Of a DNA stretch of 64,000 nucleotides, positions 1-9,773 are shown one piece after another. The notes below the pieces were generated by a model, which had not been told where the DNA came from, did no database searches, and saw only the letters and a program-made list of their open reading frames with translations. Source of the DNA: Oscillospiraceae bacterium (GTDB lineage Bacteria > Bacillota > Clostridia > Oscillospirales > CAG-272); NCBI GenBank assembly GCA_015063545.1, contig SVTX01000003.1, forward strand, positions 5,913-69,912, in the 5' to 3' direction. The position numbers and the translations under genes are program-made. Each line of letters begins with the position of its first letter. Within the stretch, counting starts at the first letter, position 1.

Positions 1-3000
1 CGTGTACAGCAGAAGGATCCAAGTCCAGAGCGTGTGCTAACGGATGTGGCGATAAGCAGACAGAGACAATTCCCGCAAAGGGACACTCCATCAGCGCAGA
101 GTGGGCAACAAAGACACCCGCTACATGTACTGAGGCAGGAGTAGAAATCAAGTCTTGTACGGTATGCTTCGTTGAACTCGAATCTCAGGAAATTCCCGCA
201 ACAGGACACTCTTGGGGCAATGACGCCGAGGCAGGCTGGATCCAGACAATGGCACCCGGATGTACCACGGACGGAGAAGAGACCAGAGTTTGTGCTAACG
301 GATGTAACACATCTGAAACACGTCCCGTAGCTCAGCTTGGACATACAGAATCCGGTTGGACAACGGACTACGACGCAGACTGTGAAAACGCAGGACGCGC
401 GTACACATACTGTGAAGTATGCGGCGATGAGCTTCAGTCCAAAGAAATTCCCGCACTCGGACACAACTACGTTGAGACAGGCAGAGATGAGCCTACGTGT
501 ACAGAGGACGGAACGATACACTACGAGTGTACAAACGGTTGTTACATTCCCAAGACGGAAAATATTCCCGCAACAGGACACACCGAAGAGATAATTGATG
601 CAGTAGAGGCAACCTGTACATCTACAGGTCTTACGGAAGGCAAGAAGTGTAGCGTATGTCAGGCAACGCTTGTGGCTCAGGAAGAAGTTCCCATGAAGGA
701 ACATACAGAGGAAACAATTCCCGCAGTTGACGCAACATGTACGGCAACAGGTCTTACGGAAGGTAAGAAGTGTAGCGAGTGTGGCGAGATACTTCAGGCA
801 CAGGAAATTGTTCCTATGATTCCTCACACTACTGTAATACTTCCCGGAACAGATGCAACATGTCTTGATACGGGTATTGAAGAGGCAACTCAGTGTACAG
901 TATGTAACAAGATGTTTGACCTCAGAGGAACAGAGATCACAGAACGCATAGTTCTCTCTGCTCTCGGTCATGACCACCAGTTCCTTAAAACCGTTGAGGC
1001 AGGATGTATCACGGAAGGTTATGACATTTACAAGTGCGTACGTTGTGACGACAGCTACGAGGATAATTTCGTTGACGCTCTCGACCACGAATACGACGAT
1101 AACCTTGATACAGAGTGTAACAGATGCGGTGAGACAAGACTTCCCGACTGTGACCACGTATATGACAACGCATGTGATGGCGTATGTGATATTTGCGGAA
1201 CGACAAGAGTTCCCGCAGACCACGTTCTCGATGATATCGAAGGCAAGGATGCAACATGTACCGAAACAGGTCTTGAGGCTATCACAGAGTGTACCGTTTG
1301 CGGACAGAAGTTCAATGCTGACGGTGAGAAGATAGACGAACAGCCTATCATCCCTGCACTTGGCCACGCTTACGTTGACCACGATGCTCAGGCGCCCAAC
1401 TGTACTGAAATCGGTTGGAACGCATACCAGACATGTACAAGATGTGATTATACAACTTACGAAGAAATCGCAGCTCTCGGACATACCGAGGAGATTGTTC
1501 CCGCGGTTGACGCAACTTGTACGGCAACAGGTCTTACAGAAGGTAAGAAGTGTAGCGTATGTCAGGAAATCCTTGTAGAACAGGGTGAAATTCCTGCTCT
1601 CGGACATCCTACTAAGGAAGAACTTCCCGTTAAGGCTCCTACCTGTACAGAAACAGGTCTTGAGGCGGCAAGCAAGTGTACGCTTTGCGGACAGGTATTT
1701 GACGCTGAAGGCAACGAGATAGACGAGCAGAAGGTAGTACCTGCTACAGGACACAGCAATAAGGACGTAGTAATTGCTCCCAACTGTACAAATGGCGGTT
1801 ATACTATCCACCTCTGTACCGTTTGCGGAGAAGAAACAGCTCCTAACTCTGACTTTGTTCCCGCAACAGGTCATACAAATACAATCTGGATCACCACAGT
1901 TAAACCCACATGCTCCGAGGCAGGCTCCAAGTATGAGCTCTGTACGGCTTGCGGTGAAAAGACCGGTGCAACAGATACAATAGCAACAACCGATCATACA
2001 TACAAGAGCATAGTAGCTCTCCAGCCCACATGTACTGCAGAAGGTTACACCAAGTCCATCTGTACGTCTTGCGGTGATGAACAGACAACCTCAATTCCTG
2101 CAACAGGACATACAAGCACAGAGTGGATAATTACTTCTGCTCCTACTTGTACGCAGACAGGTCTTAAGGATGAGATCTGTAGCATTTGCGGAACTACCGT
2201 AACCGAGGACGTTGAGGTTGAGGTTACAGAGCATACATACGTTGTAAGCTCCGTAGTAGTTCCTACATGTACGACAAGCGGTTCTACAACGTACATTTGT
2301 ACAGTATGTAACGATACGTACACAGGTAATGAAACCGAGGCTCTCGGACACACATCCGGTGGATGGGTAGTTGAAAATGATGCAACCTGTACAGAAGCAG
2401 GCTCCAAGTACGAGGTTTGCGGAGTGTGCGGTGTCAAGACTGGTAAGACCGAGACAATTGAGGCGCTCGGACACGTTGAGTCTGCAAGCACAACGGCTCC
2501 CACATGTACAGAGGACGGTTACACGACCTACACATGTAGCGTATGTAACGCAACAAGAACAGAAACCGCTACAGGTTCTGCAACAGGACATATAAGCGGC
2601 GGCTGGATCATTGATTCCGAGGCTACCTGTACTACAGAGGGTGCTAAGCACGAAGTATGTAAGGTATGTAAGGAAACCATCAGCACAGAAACAATTCCCA
2701 CAGCTGAGCACAACTACGTAACAGTTGAGACAGAATCCACATGTACAACTCAGGGTACTGTAACTACAACTTGTAGCGTATGCGGAGACACATCCACAAC
2801 TCAGAAGGAACTTCTCGACCACGTAAGTGGCGGTTGGATAGTTGATACTGATCCTACATGTACAACGACCGGTTCTAAGCACGAAGTATGTAAGAATTGC
2901 GGCGGTGAGACAGGCAATACTGACACAATTCCCGCTCTTGACCATAACTACGTAACAGTTGAGACGGAGTCCACATGTACAACTCAGGGTACAATTACCA

Positions 3001-6000
3001 CAACATGTACTGTATGTGGAGAAACATCCACAACTCAGAAGGAACTTGCAGCTCATGTAAGCGGCGGTTGGATAGTAGAAAATCAAGCAACATGTACTAC
3101 TGCAGGCTCCAAGTACGAGATCTGTGCAGTATGTGGACAGAGAACAGGTAACACAGATGTTATAGCGGTTCTTGGACACAACTACACAAGTGAAACAACA
3201 GAGCCCACATGTACGGAAGGCGGAATTACTACCTACACATGTACGGTATGCGGTGATACATATACAGACAACGCAACTTCCGCAACAGGCCACGTAAGCG
3301 GCGGTTGGGTAGTAGAAAGCGAAGCAACCTGTACGGCTACAGGCTCCAAGTATGAAATATGCGGAGTTTGCGGCGCGAGAATGGGTGATAGCGTAACTAT
3401 TGATAAGGTTGAACACAGATACGTAGCGAAGGTAATACTTCCCACATGTACAACCGAAGGATACACAACATACACTTGTGAAACATGTTCTTACAGCTAC
3501 ACCGATAATACAGTAGGCGCAACAGGACACGTTGAAAGCGACTGGATGATCGACCAGGCGGCAAGCTGTGACAACAATGGCTCCAAGCACACAGTATGTA
3601 CTGTTTGCGGCGCTACTGTAAACACAGAAACCGTTATCGCAACAGGTCACCAGAACACAACAAGTGTTATAGCTCCCACATGTACAACTCAGGGTTATAC
3701 AATAACAACATGTACGGTTTGCGGCAAGTCCGAAAACAGTGACTACGTTTCTGCAACTCATACTTCCGTAATTGATGCGGCGGTTGAGGCAACGTGTACA
3801 CAGCCCGGTCTTACCGAGGGTGAACACTGTAGCGTTTGCGGCTTCGTAATGAGCGCACAGAGCACAGTTCCCACTCTTGACCATACATACGACAATGAAT
3901 TTGACTCTGACTGTAACGTATGTGGAACAGAAAGGGCAATTGCGAACTGCGAGCACAACTATGGCACATGCACAGGCACGATTTGTGCTAACTGCGGACA
4001 CGAAAGAGTAGCTCCCGGTCACGTAGCAACAGTAGTTCCCGGTTATGCGGCAACTTGTGAAAACACAGGTAAGACAGATGGCACAAAGTGTGCAGTATGT
4101 AACATTACTCTTACACAGCAGGAAGAAATTTCCGCAAAGGGACACTCCGCTGACATAGCAGAGGCAACATGTACACGTAACAGCATTTGCGTAGATTGCG
4201 GAACGATTCTTGACTTTGCGCTTGGCCACGGATTCAACGGAACAACTTGGGAAACAGTGGTAGCTGCAAGCTGTTCGGTAGAAGGATACGAGCATGAGCT
4301 CTGTTCCGACTGCGGTGAATTCACAGGTAACTATCGTACAATCGATAAGATCGCACATGCAGAGAGCGAATGGATCACAGATGTAGATGCAACTTGTGGA
4401 ACAGATGGTTCCAAGCATACAGAATGTACTGCTTGCGGCGAGGTCATCTTCACACAAACCATACCTGCAACAGGCGCTCACACAGGCGGAACTGCAACAT
4501 GTCAGAGCCAGGCAACATGTGATGTTTGCGCAACTCTCTACGGAGAACTTGGCGAGCATACTCCCGGCATAGAGGCAAGCTGCTCTAACGCTCAGTACTG
4601 TACGACATGTATGGCTGAGATCGCTGTTAAGCTTGATCACAACTTTGTGGCAGGCGAGATAACAGTTGCTCCTACTTGCATCGCAAGAGGCGAGCAGAAG
4701 TACGTATGTACTTGTGGAGCAGAAAGAATTGAACTTATTGATGCAACAGGTGCACACACTCTCGGCGCGGCAGCAACCTGCACAGAGGGACAGAAGTGTA
4801 CTGTATGCGATCAGATACTTGTTAATGCAACAGGACATACAGGCGGAAACGCAACCTGCATGACTCAGGCGAAGTGTAGCGTATGCGGTGATGCTTACGG
4901 AAACGTAGAGGCTAACGCTCATACATACGACAATGCTTGTGACGCTTACTGTAACGATTGCGGATACAACAATACAGAAGCGGCTCACGCAGAGCAGACT
5001 GTACCCGGTACAGACGCAACATGTATAGCAGACGGACTTACCTCCGGTAAGATCTGTGCCGTTTGCGGACAGACAATAGTTGCTCAGACAACTATTCCCG
5101 CAACAGGACATACTTACGACAGCGCAAGCGATGCTGACTGTAACAACTGTGGTGCTGTAAGATGCTCCAGACACGTATATGATAACAGATGCGACGCTAT
5201 CTGTAACAACGAAGGTTGCGGATACGAAAGAGAAGTAATTGACCATTACTACACAAGCGATTGTGATGCAACATGTAATGAATGTGGCGCAACAAGAGCT
5301 GCAGGCGCTCATAAGTACTCCAACGCTTGCGATACATCGTGTGACGAGTGCGGCGAGACAAGAACCGTAGGTGAGCATACATATTCTTACAGCTGTGACG
5401 CTATCTGTAACGAGTGCGGTGCGATCAGAGATGCTCAGCACCAGCCTGTAGGCGGAACATGTAAGGACAAGGCAACTTGCGCAATATGCGGAGTGGTTTG
5501 CGGCGAGCTTGATGCAAGCAAGCATACATACGATAACACATGTGACGTTTACTGTAATGGATGCGGCGCTGAAAGAAGCATTACTCACAGCTATACAGAT
5601 AAGAATGATTCTGGTTACCACTGGAGTGAGTGTAGCGTATGTAATGCTAAGAAGGATATAGCTGCTCACGTTTATGACGGTGATTGCGATACAACTTGCG
5701 ATTGCGGCTACATAAGAACAACGGCAGGACACGTTTACGATAATGCTTGCGATGCTGAATGTAATGAGTGCGGCGAGACCAGAGTTGCGGAGCACAGCTA
5801 CGACAATGCTTGTGATGCTATCTGTAACGTATGTAGCAAGATTAGAACTGTGGGCGAGCACCTGTACGACAATGATTGCGACATAACATGTAATGAGTGT
5901 GACGCTGTAAGAATTACAGAGCATGCTTACGACAATGCTTGCGATGCTGACTGTAACGTATGCGGACAGACAAGAGAAGCAACTCACGTTTATGACAACG

Positions 6001-6884
6001 CTTGTGACGTTGACTGTAACAGCTGTGGAGAAGTAAGAGACGCTGCTGATCATGTATTCGGCGAATGGACTTCTACGGAAGCAGGTCACTACAAGTCTTG
6101 TGAGGTCTGCGGTGTAACGGGTGAATACAGAGACCACGTTTACGCTAACGATTGCGCAGAGACGTCCATCTACTGCGCAGTATGCGGATACGAGGGCAGA
6201 ACGTATGACGACTTGGTCGGCCATACCTACGATAACGCATGTGATACTACATGTAATTTCTGCGGTGATGTAAGAAAGACATACCATAAGTTCGATTATG
6301 ACTGTGACAGTGATTGCGCTGAGTGCGGATACACAAGACCCGATAGCGAGCTCAAGCATACTCAGAATCCTCCTTGCTCCGGTAAGTGCGTATTCTGCGA
6401 AGCAGAAATGATTCCCGCGGCGCATACTTACGATCACTCTTGTGATACGACATGTAACCTCTGCGGATTCGTAAGAGAGGTTGGAGATCACGTTTATGAT
6501 GCTGTTTGCGATACTCAGTGTAACGTTTGCGGATTTATCAGAGAAGTTGAAAATCCTGTTCATGAGTACGACAACTCTTGCGACCAGACATGTAACTTCT
6601 GCGGTGCAATAAGAGACATCAAGCACGACATGGATTTTGCATTCAATGAAGAAGGTCACTGGCAGGAGTGCGTAATTTGTGGATACAAAGCATCGGATAA
6701 GCCTGCGGCACACAGAGACAGATATGAGGATCTTGGTGACGGCACGCACAGATACTACTGTAACAGATGTGCATACGAGTATATCGAGGAACACACATTT
6801 GAGAACGGTGTTTGCGCATGTAAGGCTAAGGAACCCGTAGCGACAGCACTCGCTCTTCCCCCCAAGAAGGAAGAAAACGCATAA
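1..6884 (+). CDS. Giant cysteine-rich repeat protein, 5'-truncated by the window edge (>2,290 aa)
   Basis: The frame is open from the window edge, with the first full codon at nt 3. Nt 3-248 translate as CTAEGSKSRACANGCGDKQTETIPAKGH..., the same module as downstream. Stop is TAA at 6882-6884. There are roughly 40 modules of the form [IV]P-A-[TL]-G-H...C-T-x-x-G-x5-6-C-x2-C-G, then about 20 units of H-x-Y-D-x-x-C-D-x-x-C-N-x-C-G-x-x-R. The N-terminus is off-window, so no signal peptide can be assessed. Confidence 0.85.
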   Translation, partial: CTAEGSKSRACANGCGDKQTETIPAKGHSISAEWATKTPATCTEAGVEIKSCTVCFVELESQEIPATGHSWGNDAEAGWIQTMAPGCTTDGEETRVCANGCNTSETRPVAQLGHTESGWTTDYDADCENAGRAYTYCEVCGDELQSKEIPALGHNYVETGRDEPTCTEDGTIHYECTNGCYIPKTENIPATGHTEEIIDAVEATCTSTGLTEGKKCSVCQATLVAQEEVPMKEHTEETIPAVDATCTATGLTEGKKCSECGEILQAQEIVPMIPHTTVILPGTDATCLDTGIEEATQCTVCNKMFDLRGTEITERIVLSALGHDHQFLKTVEAGCITEGYDIYKCVRCDDSYEDNFVDALDHEYDDNLDTECNRCGETRLPDCDHVYDNACDGVCDICGTTRVPADHVLDDIEGKDATCTETGLEAITECTVCGQKFNADGEKIDEQPIIPALGHAYVDHDAQAPNCTEIGWNAYQTCTRCDYTTYEEIAALGHTEEIVPAVDATCTATGLTEGKKCSVCQEILVEQGEIPALGHPTKEELPVKAPTCTETGLEAASKCTLCGQVFDAEGNEIDEQKVVPATGHSNKDVVIAPNCTNGGYTIHLCTVCGEETAPNSDFVPATGHTNTIWITTVKPTCSEAGSKYELCTACGEKTGATDTIATTDHTYKSIVALQPTCTAEGYTKSICTSCGDEQTTSIPATGHTSTEWIITSAPTCTQTGLKDEICSICGTTVTEDVEVEVTEHTYVVSSVVVPTCTTSGSTTYICTVCNDTYTGNETEALGHTSGGWVVENDATCTEAGSKYEVCGVCGVKTGKTETIEALGHVESASTTAPTCTEDGYTTYTCSVCNATRTETATGSATGHISGGWIIDSEATCTTEGAKHEVCKVCKETISTETIPTAEHNYVTVETESTCTTQGTVTTTCSVCGDTSTTQKELLDHVSGGWIVDTDPTCTTTGSKHEVCKNCGGETGNTDTIPALDHNYVTVETESTCTTQGTITTTCTVCGETSTTQKELAAHVSGGWIVENQATCTTAGSKYEICAVCGQRTGNTDVIAVLGHNYTSETTEPTCTEGGITTYTCTVCGDTYTDNATSATGHVSGGWVVESEATCTATGSKYEICGVCGARMGDSVTIDKVEHRYVAKVILPTCTTEGYTTYTCETCSYSYTDNTVGATGHVESDWMIDQAASCDNNGSKHTVCTVCGATVNTETVIATGHQNTTSVIAPTCTTQGYTITTCTVCGKSENSDYVSATHTSVIDAAVEATCTQPGLTEGEHCSVCGFVMSAQSTVPTLDHTYDNEFDSDCNVCGTERAIANCEHNYGTCTGTICANCGHERVAPGHVATVVPGYAATCENTGKTDGTKCAVCNITLTQQEEISAKGHSADIAEATCTRNSICVDCGTILDFALGHGFNGTTWETVVAASCSVEGYEHELCSDCGEFTGNYRTIDKIAHAESEWITDVDATCGTDGSKHTECTACGEVIFTQTIPATGAHTGGTATCQSQATCDVCATLYGELGEHTPGIEASCSNAQYCTTCMAEIAVKLDHNFVAGEITVAPTCIARGEQKYVCTCGAERIELIDATGAHTLGAAATCTEGQKCTVCDQILVNATGHTGGNATCMTQAKCSVCGDAYGNVEANAHTYDNACDAYCNDCGYNNTEAAHAEQTVPGTDATCIADGLTSGKICAVCGQTIVAQTTIPATGHTYDSASDADCNNCGAVRCSRHVYDNRCDAICNNEGCGYEREVIDHYYTSDCDATCNECGATRAAGAHKYSNACDTSCDECGETRTVGEHTYSYSCDAICNECGAIRDAQHQPVGGTCKDKATCAICGVVCGELDASKHTYDNTCDVYCNGCGAERSITHSYTDKNDSGYHWSECSVCNAKKDIAAHVYDGDCDTTCDCGYIRTTAGHVYDNACDAECNECGETRVAEHSYDNACDAICNVCSKIRTVGEHLYDNDCDITCNECDAVRITEHAYDNACDADCNVCGQTREATHVYDNACDVDCNSCGEVRDAADHVFGEWTSTEAGHYKSCEVCGVTGEYRDHVYANDCAETSIYCAVCGYEGRTYDDLVGHTYDNACDTTCNFCGDVRKTYHKFDYDCDSDCAECGYTRPDSELKHTQNPPCSGKCVFCEAEMIPAAHTYDHSCDTTCNLCGFVREVGDHVYDAVCDTQCNVCGFIREVENPVHEYDNSCDQTCNFCGAIRDIKHDMDFAFNEEGHWQECVICGYKASDKPAAHRDRYEDLGDGTHRYYCNRCAYEYIEEHTFENGVCACKAKEPVATALALPPKKEENA

Positions 6885-6887
6885 AAC

Positions 6888-6920
6888 AAAAAAACCAAAG
6901 TGTCCTTCGGGACACTTTGG
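6888..6920 (-). terminator. Intrinsic terminator for the U32 peptidase gene
   Basis: Hairpin ccaaagtgtcc-ttcg-ggacactttgg at 6895-6920. Read on the minus strand it is followed by a T7 run (plus-strand A-run 6888-6894). Confidence 0.6.
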
Positions 6921-6924
6921 TTAA

Positions 6925-6965
6925 GCATAAATCCCACGGCAACTGCCGTGGGATTTATGCTTTTT
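6925..6965 (+). terminator. Intrinsic terminator for the giant repeat-protein gene
   Basis: Perfect 16-bp stem gcataaatcccacggc / gccgtgggatttatgc with loop aact, followed by TTTTT at 6961-6965. It is interleaved with the convergent gene's terminator. Confidence 0.7.
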
Positions 6966-9012
6966 ATATTCTTCTTGTTGATCCTTCAAGCGGAATCTTT
7001 TTGATATATGCGTGTATGACTTGATCTACTTGTTGAGGTGTTTCTGTGGTAAACATGAAAACCTGATTTGTTACGTTCGCTTTTGAAAGCTCATCGGGCT
7101 TGTCTGACATACAGGTGGGCATGCTGTTATAGATAACGTTTCTGTGTTGCCATTCTCTGGCTACAGGAAAAATAAAGCCTCGTCTGTCCTTGATTTGAGC
7201 AAACCGCATATTGCCGTTTTCTTGCTCGCGTGAAAATTTTTCGCAGGCTTCGCAGCCGTGTGTGTCGCGTATGATGCATTTCTCAAGCGTCATCAGCGGT
7301 ATGCGTCCATACACGACAGTCGCGCAATCTCCCGAAATATCTCGTGTTTGCGGAAGCGTTAATTCGGGGGAGAGGGTGACGTTTGTGACGCCTATTGAGT
7401 TGAGCTTTGCGACGGAGAGGCTGTTTGTAACATTGAATCTGAAATCTCCGAAAATATCAATTCCAAGATCTCTTACCAATTCAATGTTTCCGATGTTTCC
7501 GACCATGGCGCACGTCGCGCCGTTTTTTATAGCGGAATTTATAAGACGCATAACAGCATCTTTTTCACTGTCGAAAATTACAGGCGGCAAGACAAAGCCG
7601 TCTGCTGAGCTGTCGTATCGCTCAAGTGGCAAAAACGTCTTATCGAAAAATTTTTTTGCCTTGTCGGTTATCTGTGATGGGAACAAAAATCTTCCTATAC
7701 GCTGTTTTTTTCTTTCTTTTGAGGGTGGCGCCGGGAATTTGTTCGTGAATTTTGGAATCTGCTTTGTTGTTAGCTCCGACAAGAGCTTATCTATACCGCT
7801 TCTTCGGAGACTGTTCAGTCTTGAGACGGGAAGCATCAACCCGTTGTCCAGAGAAATGCTTATTTTGTTTACGATGAAAGGCGTATCTCCGAGCTTTAGC
7901 ATGCTTTTTTGTACGCAGTCCTCGTCAATGGGGGCGTTTATGGCAGTTTGCGGAATGTCGCCTTCTGCACTTACCATCAGGTCACCAAATGAAATTTTGA
8001 GGCGGCAGGGAGAATCTCTGTGTATGTCAACGTCGATATCGATGGGTAGCTTTCGGTTTATTTTTGTGAATTTTTCGGCGCTCATAGACGCGCTTTTATC
8101 TGCTTCTGAGCGAATGCCGAGCATTTTTTTGTTTATGTTTTTTGTAAAATATCCATCGGTAAATCCGCCGCGGGAAAAAATATCCGCAAGCTTTTTCATT
8201 TCCTCGCCCGAAGCGTTTCTGCCCTCGTCGAGCAGCCTTCGCCATATACCCGTTACCGCGTGAACGTATTCGGGGGCTTTCATTCTGCCCTCTATTTTTA
8301 GGGAATGTACGCCGCTATCCAAAATTTCCGTTACGTGAGTAGCGAGCGATAGGTCTTTTAGTGAGAGGGGATATTGTGAAGGGCACGATGAAGAAGAAGC
8401 GCAATAAGGTAAACGGCAGGGTTGAGCGCAAAGACCTCTGTTTCCGCTTCTTCCGCCGACCATAGATGAAAACAGACACTGTCCGGAGTGAGAAACGCAA
8501 AGCGCGCCGTGTGTGAATATTTCAACCTCCAAGGGGTTGTTATCCACCAAATATTTGATATCCTCAAATGAAAGCTCTCTGGCGGGGACAAGACGGGAAA
8601 ATCCCATTTTTTGAAGCTGTATTCCCGCACCTGCGTTGTGCGCTGACATTTGCGTGCTTGCATGAAGCGGCATGTCGGGCATGTGGGATCTCAAAAGCTC
8701 TGCCGCGCCCATATCTGCTACGATGAACGCGTCAACTCCGCACGTCGCGGCATTCTCCGCGCATGACAAAAAGCCCTCTTTTTCTCTGTCGAAAAGCAGG
8801 GTGTTGAGAGTTACGTATACTTTTACGCCGTATGAATGAGCAAGCTTTACGCACTCGGAAAGTTCTTCGGAGGTAAAGTTTTTGGCATTTATACGGGCGT
8901 TAAAAGAGGTGCCGCCCACATATATTGCGTCGGCACCTCCGTCAACAGCCGCCATAAAAGCTTCTTTTGAGCCTGCGGGGCTTAACAATTCGGGAAGAAA
9001 TTTTTTAGTCAT
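6964..9012 (-). CDS. Peptidase U32 family protein (collagenase-like)
   Basis: 682-aa ORF. The N-terminus ELLSPAGSKEAFMAAVDGGADAIYVGG and the motif EIFTHGALCVSHSGQCLFSS match the U32 signature E-x-F-x2-G-[SA]-[LIVM]-C-x4-G-x-C. Confidence 0.85.
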   Translation of the reverse strand: MTKKFLPELLSPAGSKEAFMAAVDGGADAIYVGGTSFNARINAKNFTSEELSECVKLAHSYGVKVYVTLNTLLFDREKEGFLSCAENAATCGVDAFIVADMGAAELLRSHMPDMPLHASTQMSAHNAGAGIQLQKMGFSRLVPARELSFEDIKYLVDNNPLEVEIFTHGALCVSHSGQCLFSSMVGGRSGNRGLCAQPCRLPYCASSSSCPSQYPLSLKDLSLATHVTEILDSGVHSLKIEGRMKAPEYVHAVTGIWRRLLDEGRNASGEEMKKLADIFSRGGFTDGYFTKNINKKMLGIRSEADKSASMSAEKFTKINRKLPIDIDVDIHRDSPCRLKISFGDLMVSAEGDIPQTAINAPIDEDCVQKSMLKLGDTPFIVNKISISLDNGLMLPVSRLNSLRRSGIDKLLSELTTKQIPKFTNKFPAPPSKERKKQRIGRFLFPSQITDKAKKFFDKTFLPLERYDSSADGFVLPPVIFDSEKDAVMRLINSAIKNGATCAMVGNIGNIELVRDLGIDIFGDFRFNVTNSLSVAKLNSIGVTNVTLSPELTLPQTRDISGDCATVVYGRIPLMTLEKCIIRDTHGCEACEKFSREQENGNMRFAQIKDRRGFIFPVAREWQHRNVIYNSMPTCMSDKPDELSKANVTNQVFMFTTETPQQVDQVIHAYIKKIPLEGSTRRI

Positions 9013-9058
9013 TCCAAAAAGAGAGCCTTTCTGTTCTTTTGGATAAAATCGCTATGTA

Positions 9059-9565
9059 TCAGATATCTGTGAAAGTAAGAAGATCAAACATCTCTCCTAC
9101 GCGGCTTCTGCCCTTGGGAGAATTGTTATCTGCGGGAGCTTCTGCGGTCTGATTGGACTCTGCCTTTGCGGGCTCTGTCTTTTCAGGAGCTTCCTGCTTA
9201 TATACCTGACCGTTGAACATAAGTCTCTTGTTCTCAGCCTGAAGTCTGGCGCATTCCTTTTCTGTTTTTTCGATGTTCTTTTCGAGAAGGGAGAGCTTTT
9301 CTTCCAGAACGGCATTCTTTTCCTTCTGTTCTTCAAGATCGGAAACGAGATTTTCGATAACTTCTTTCATCTGGAGCTTGTCCGCGCAGAAATCCAACGC
9401 GCAGAGAAGTGTAGCTTCTGTTTTGGAACAGTTGTTGTTTTTGAGAAGAAGAGAGCGAACGCGTCTGTCAAGAACGCCAACGACTTTTTCTATGTCCTCG
9501 GTGGGTGCTTCGGATATTACGTTAAGCTCCATGTCAGCTATAGTGATGGTGTACTTCTGCTTCAT
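9059..9565 (-). CDS. zapA: ZapA-like cell-division protein with C-terminal coiled coil
   Basis: 168 aa. The N-terminal YTITIADMELNVISEAPTEDIEKVVGVLDRRVRSL pattern is typical of ZapA. It is followed by a heptad-rich, Glu/Lys-rich segment. Confidence 0.6.
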   Translation of the reverse strand: MKQKYTITIADMELNVISEAPTEDIEKVVGVLDRRVRSLLLKNNNCSKTEATLLCALDFCADKLQMKEVIENLVSDLEEQKEKNAVLEEKLSLLEKNIEKTEKECARLQAENKRLMFNGQVYKQEAPEKTEPAKAESNQTAEAPADNNSPKGRSRVGEMFDLLTFTDI

Positions 9566-9639
9566 TTAGGCCGCCTTTCTTTGCCGTTTGTGTAATGGCA
9601 AGTCAAAATACTGAATTTTACTTGTTTTCAAAAAATTAC

Positions 9640-9668
9640 TTGCAAAACAGATACATTTGTTGTATAAT
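9640..9668 (+). promoter_or_regulatory. Sigma-A type promoter upstream of proB
   Basis: TTGCAA (9640-9645), 17-nt spacer, TATAAT (9663-9668). Confidence 0.5.
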
Positions 9669-9773
9669 TAAAATGGTGTATTGCAATTTGGTATTCTTAT
9701 TTATATTATAATACAAAATTATAAATTTTTAAAGACCTTTTGCAAAATTTTTTTCAGGAAAGCAGAATTTTTT

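Noticed and set aside
2091-6794. A 1,567-aa stop-free ORF on the minus strand, antisense to the giant repeat gene.
   Set aside because: It is exactly codon-aligned antisense to the sense frame, so it stays open simply because the sense gene uses no TTA, CTA or TCA codons over 4.7 kb. Strong codon bias and few Leu residues explain that. Its translation is low-complexity (C/S/V/T-rich) with no start context, whereas the plus-strand frame shows an obvious conserved repeat grammar.
6820-6884. A possible cell-wall sorting signal at the C-terminus of the giant protein (…ALALPPKKEENA).
   Set aside because: There is no LPXTG-like motif followed by a hydrophobic helix and basic tail. The sequence simply ends in a short charged peptide.
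7211-8263. A 350-aa plus-strand ORF.
   Set aside because: It is antisense to the U32 peptidase gene, and its translation is Ser/Phe-rich low complexity.
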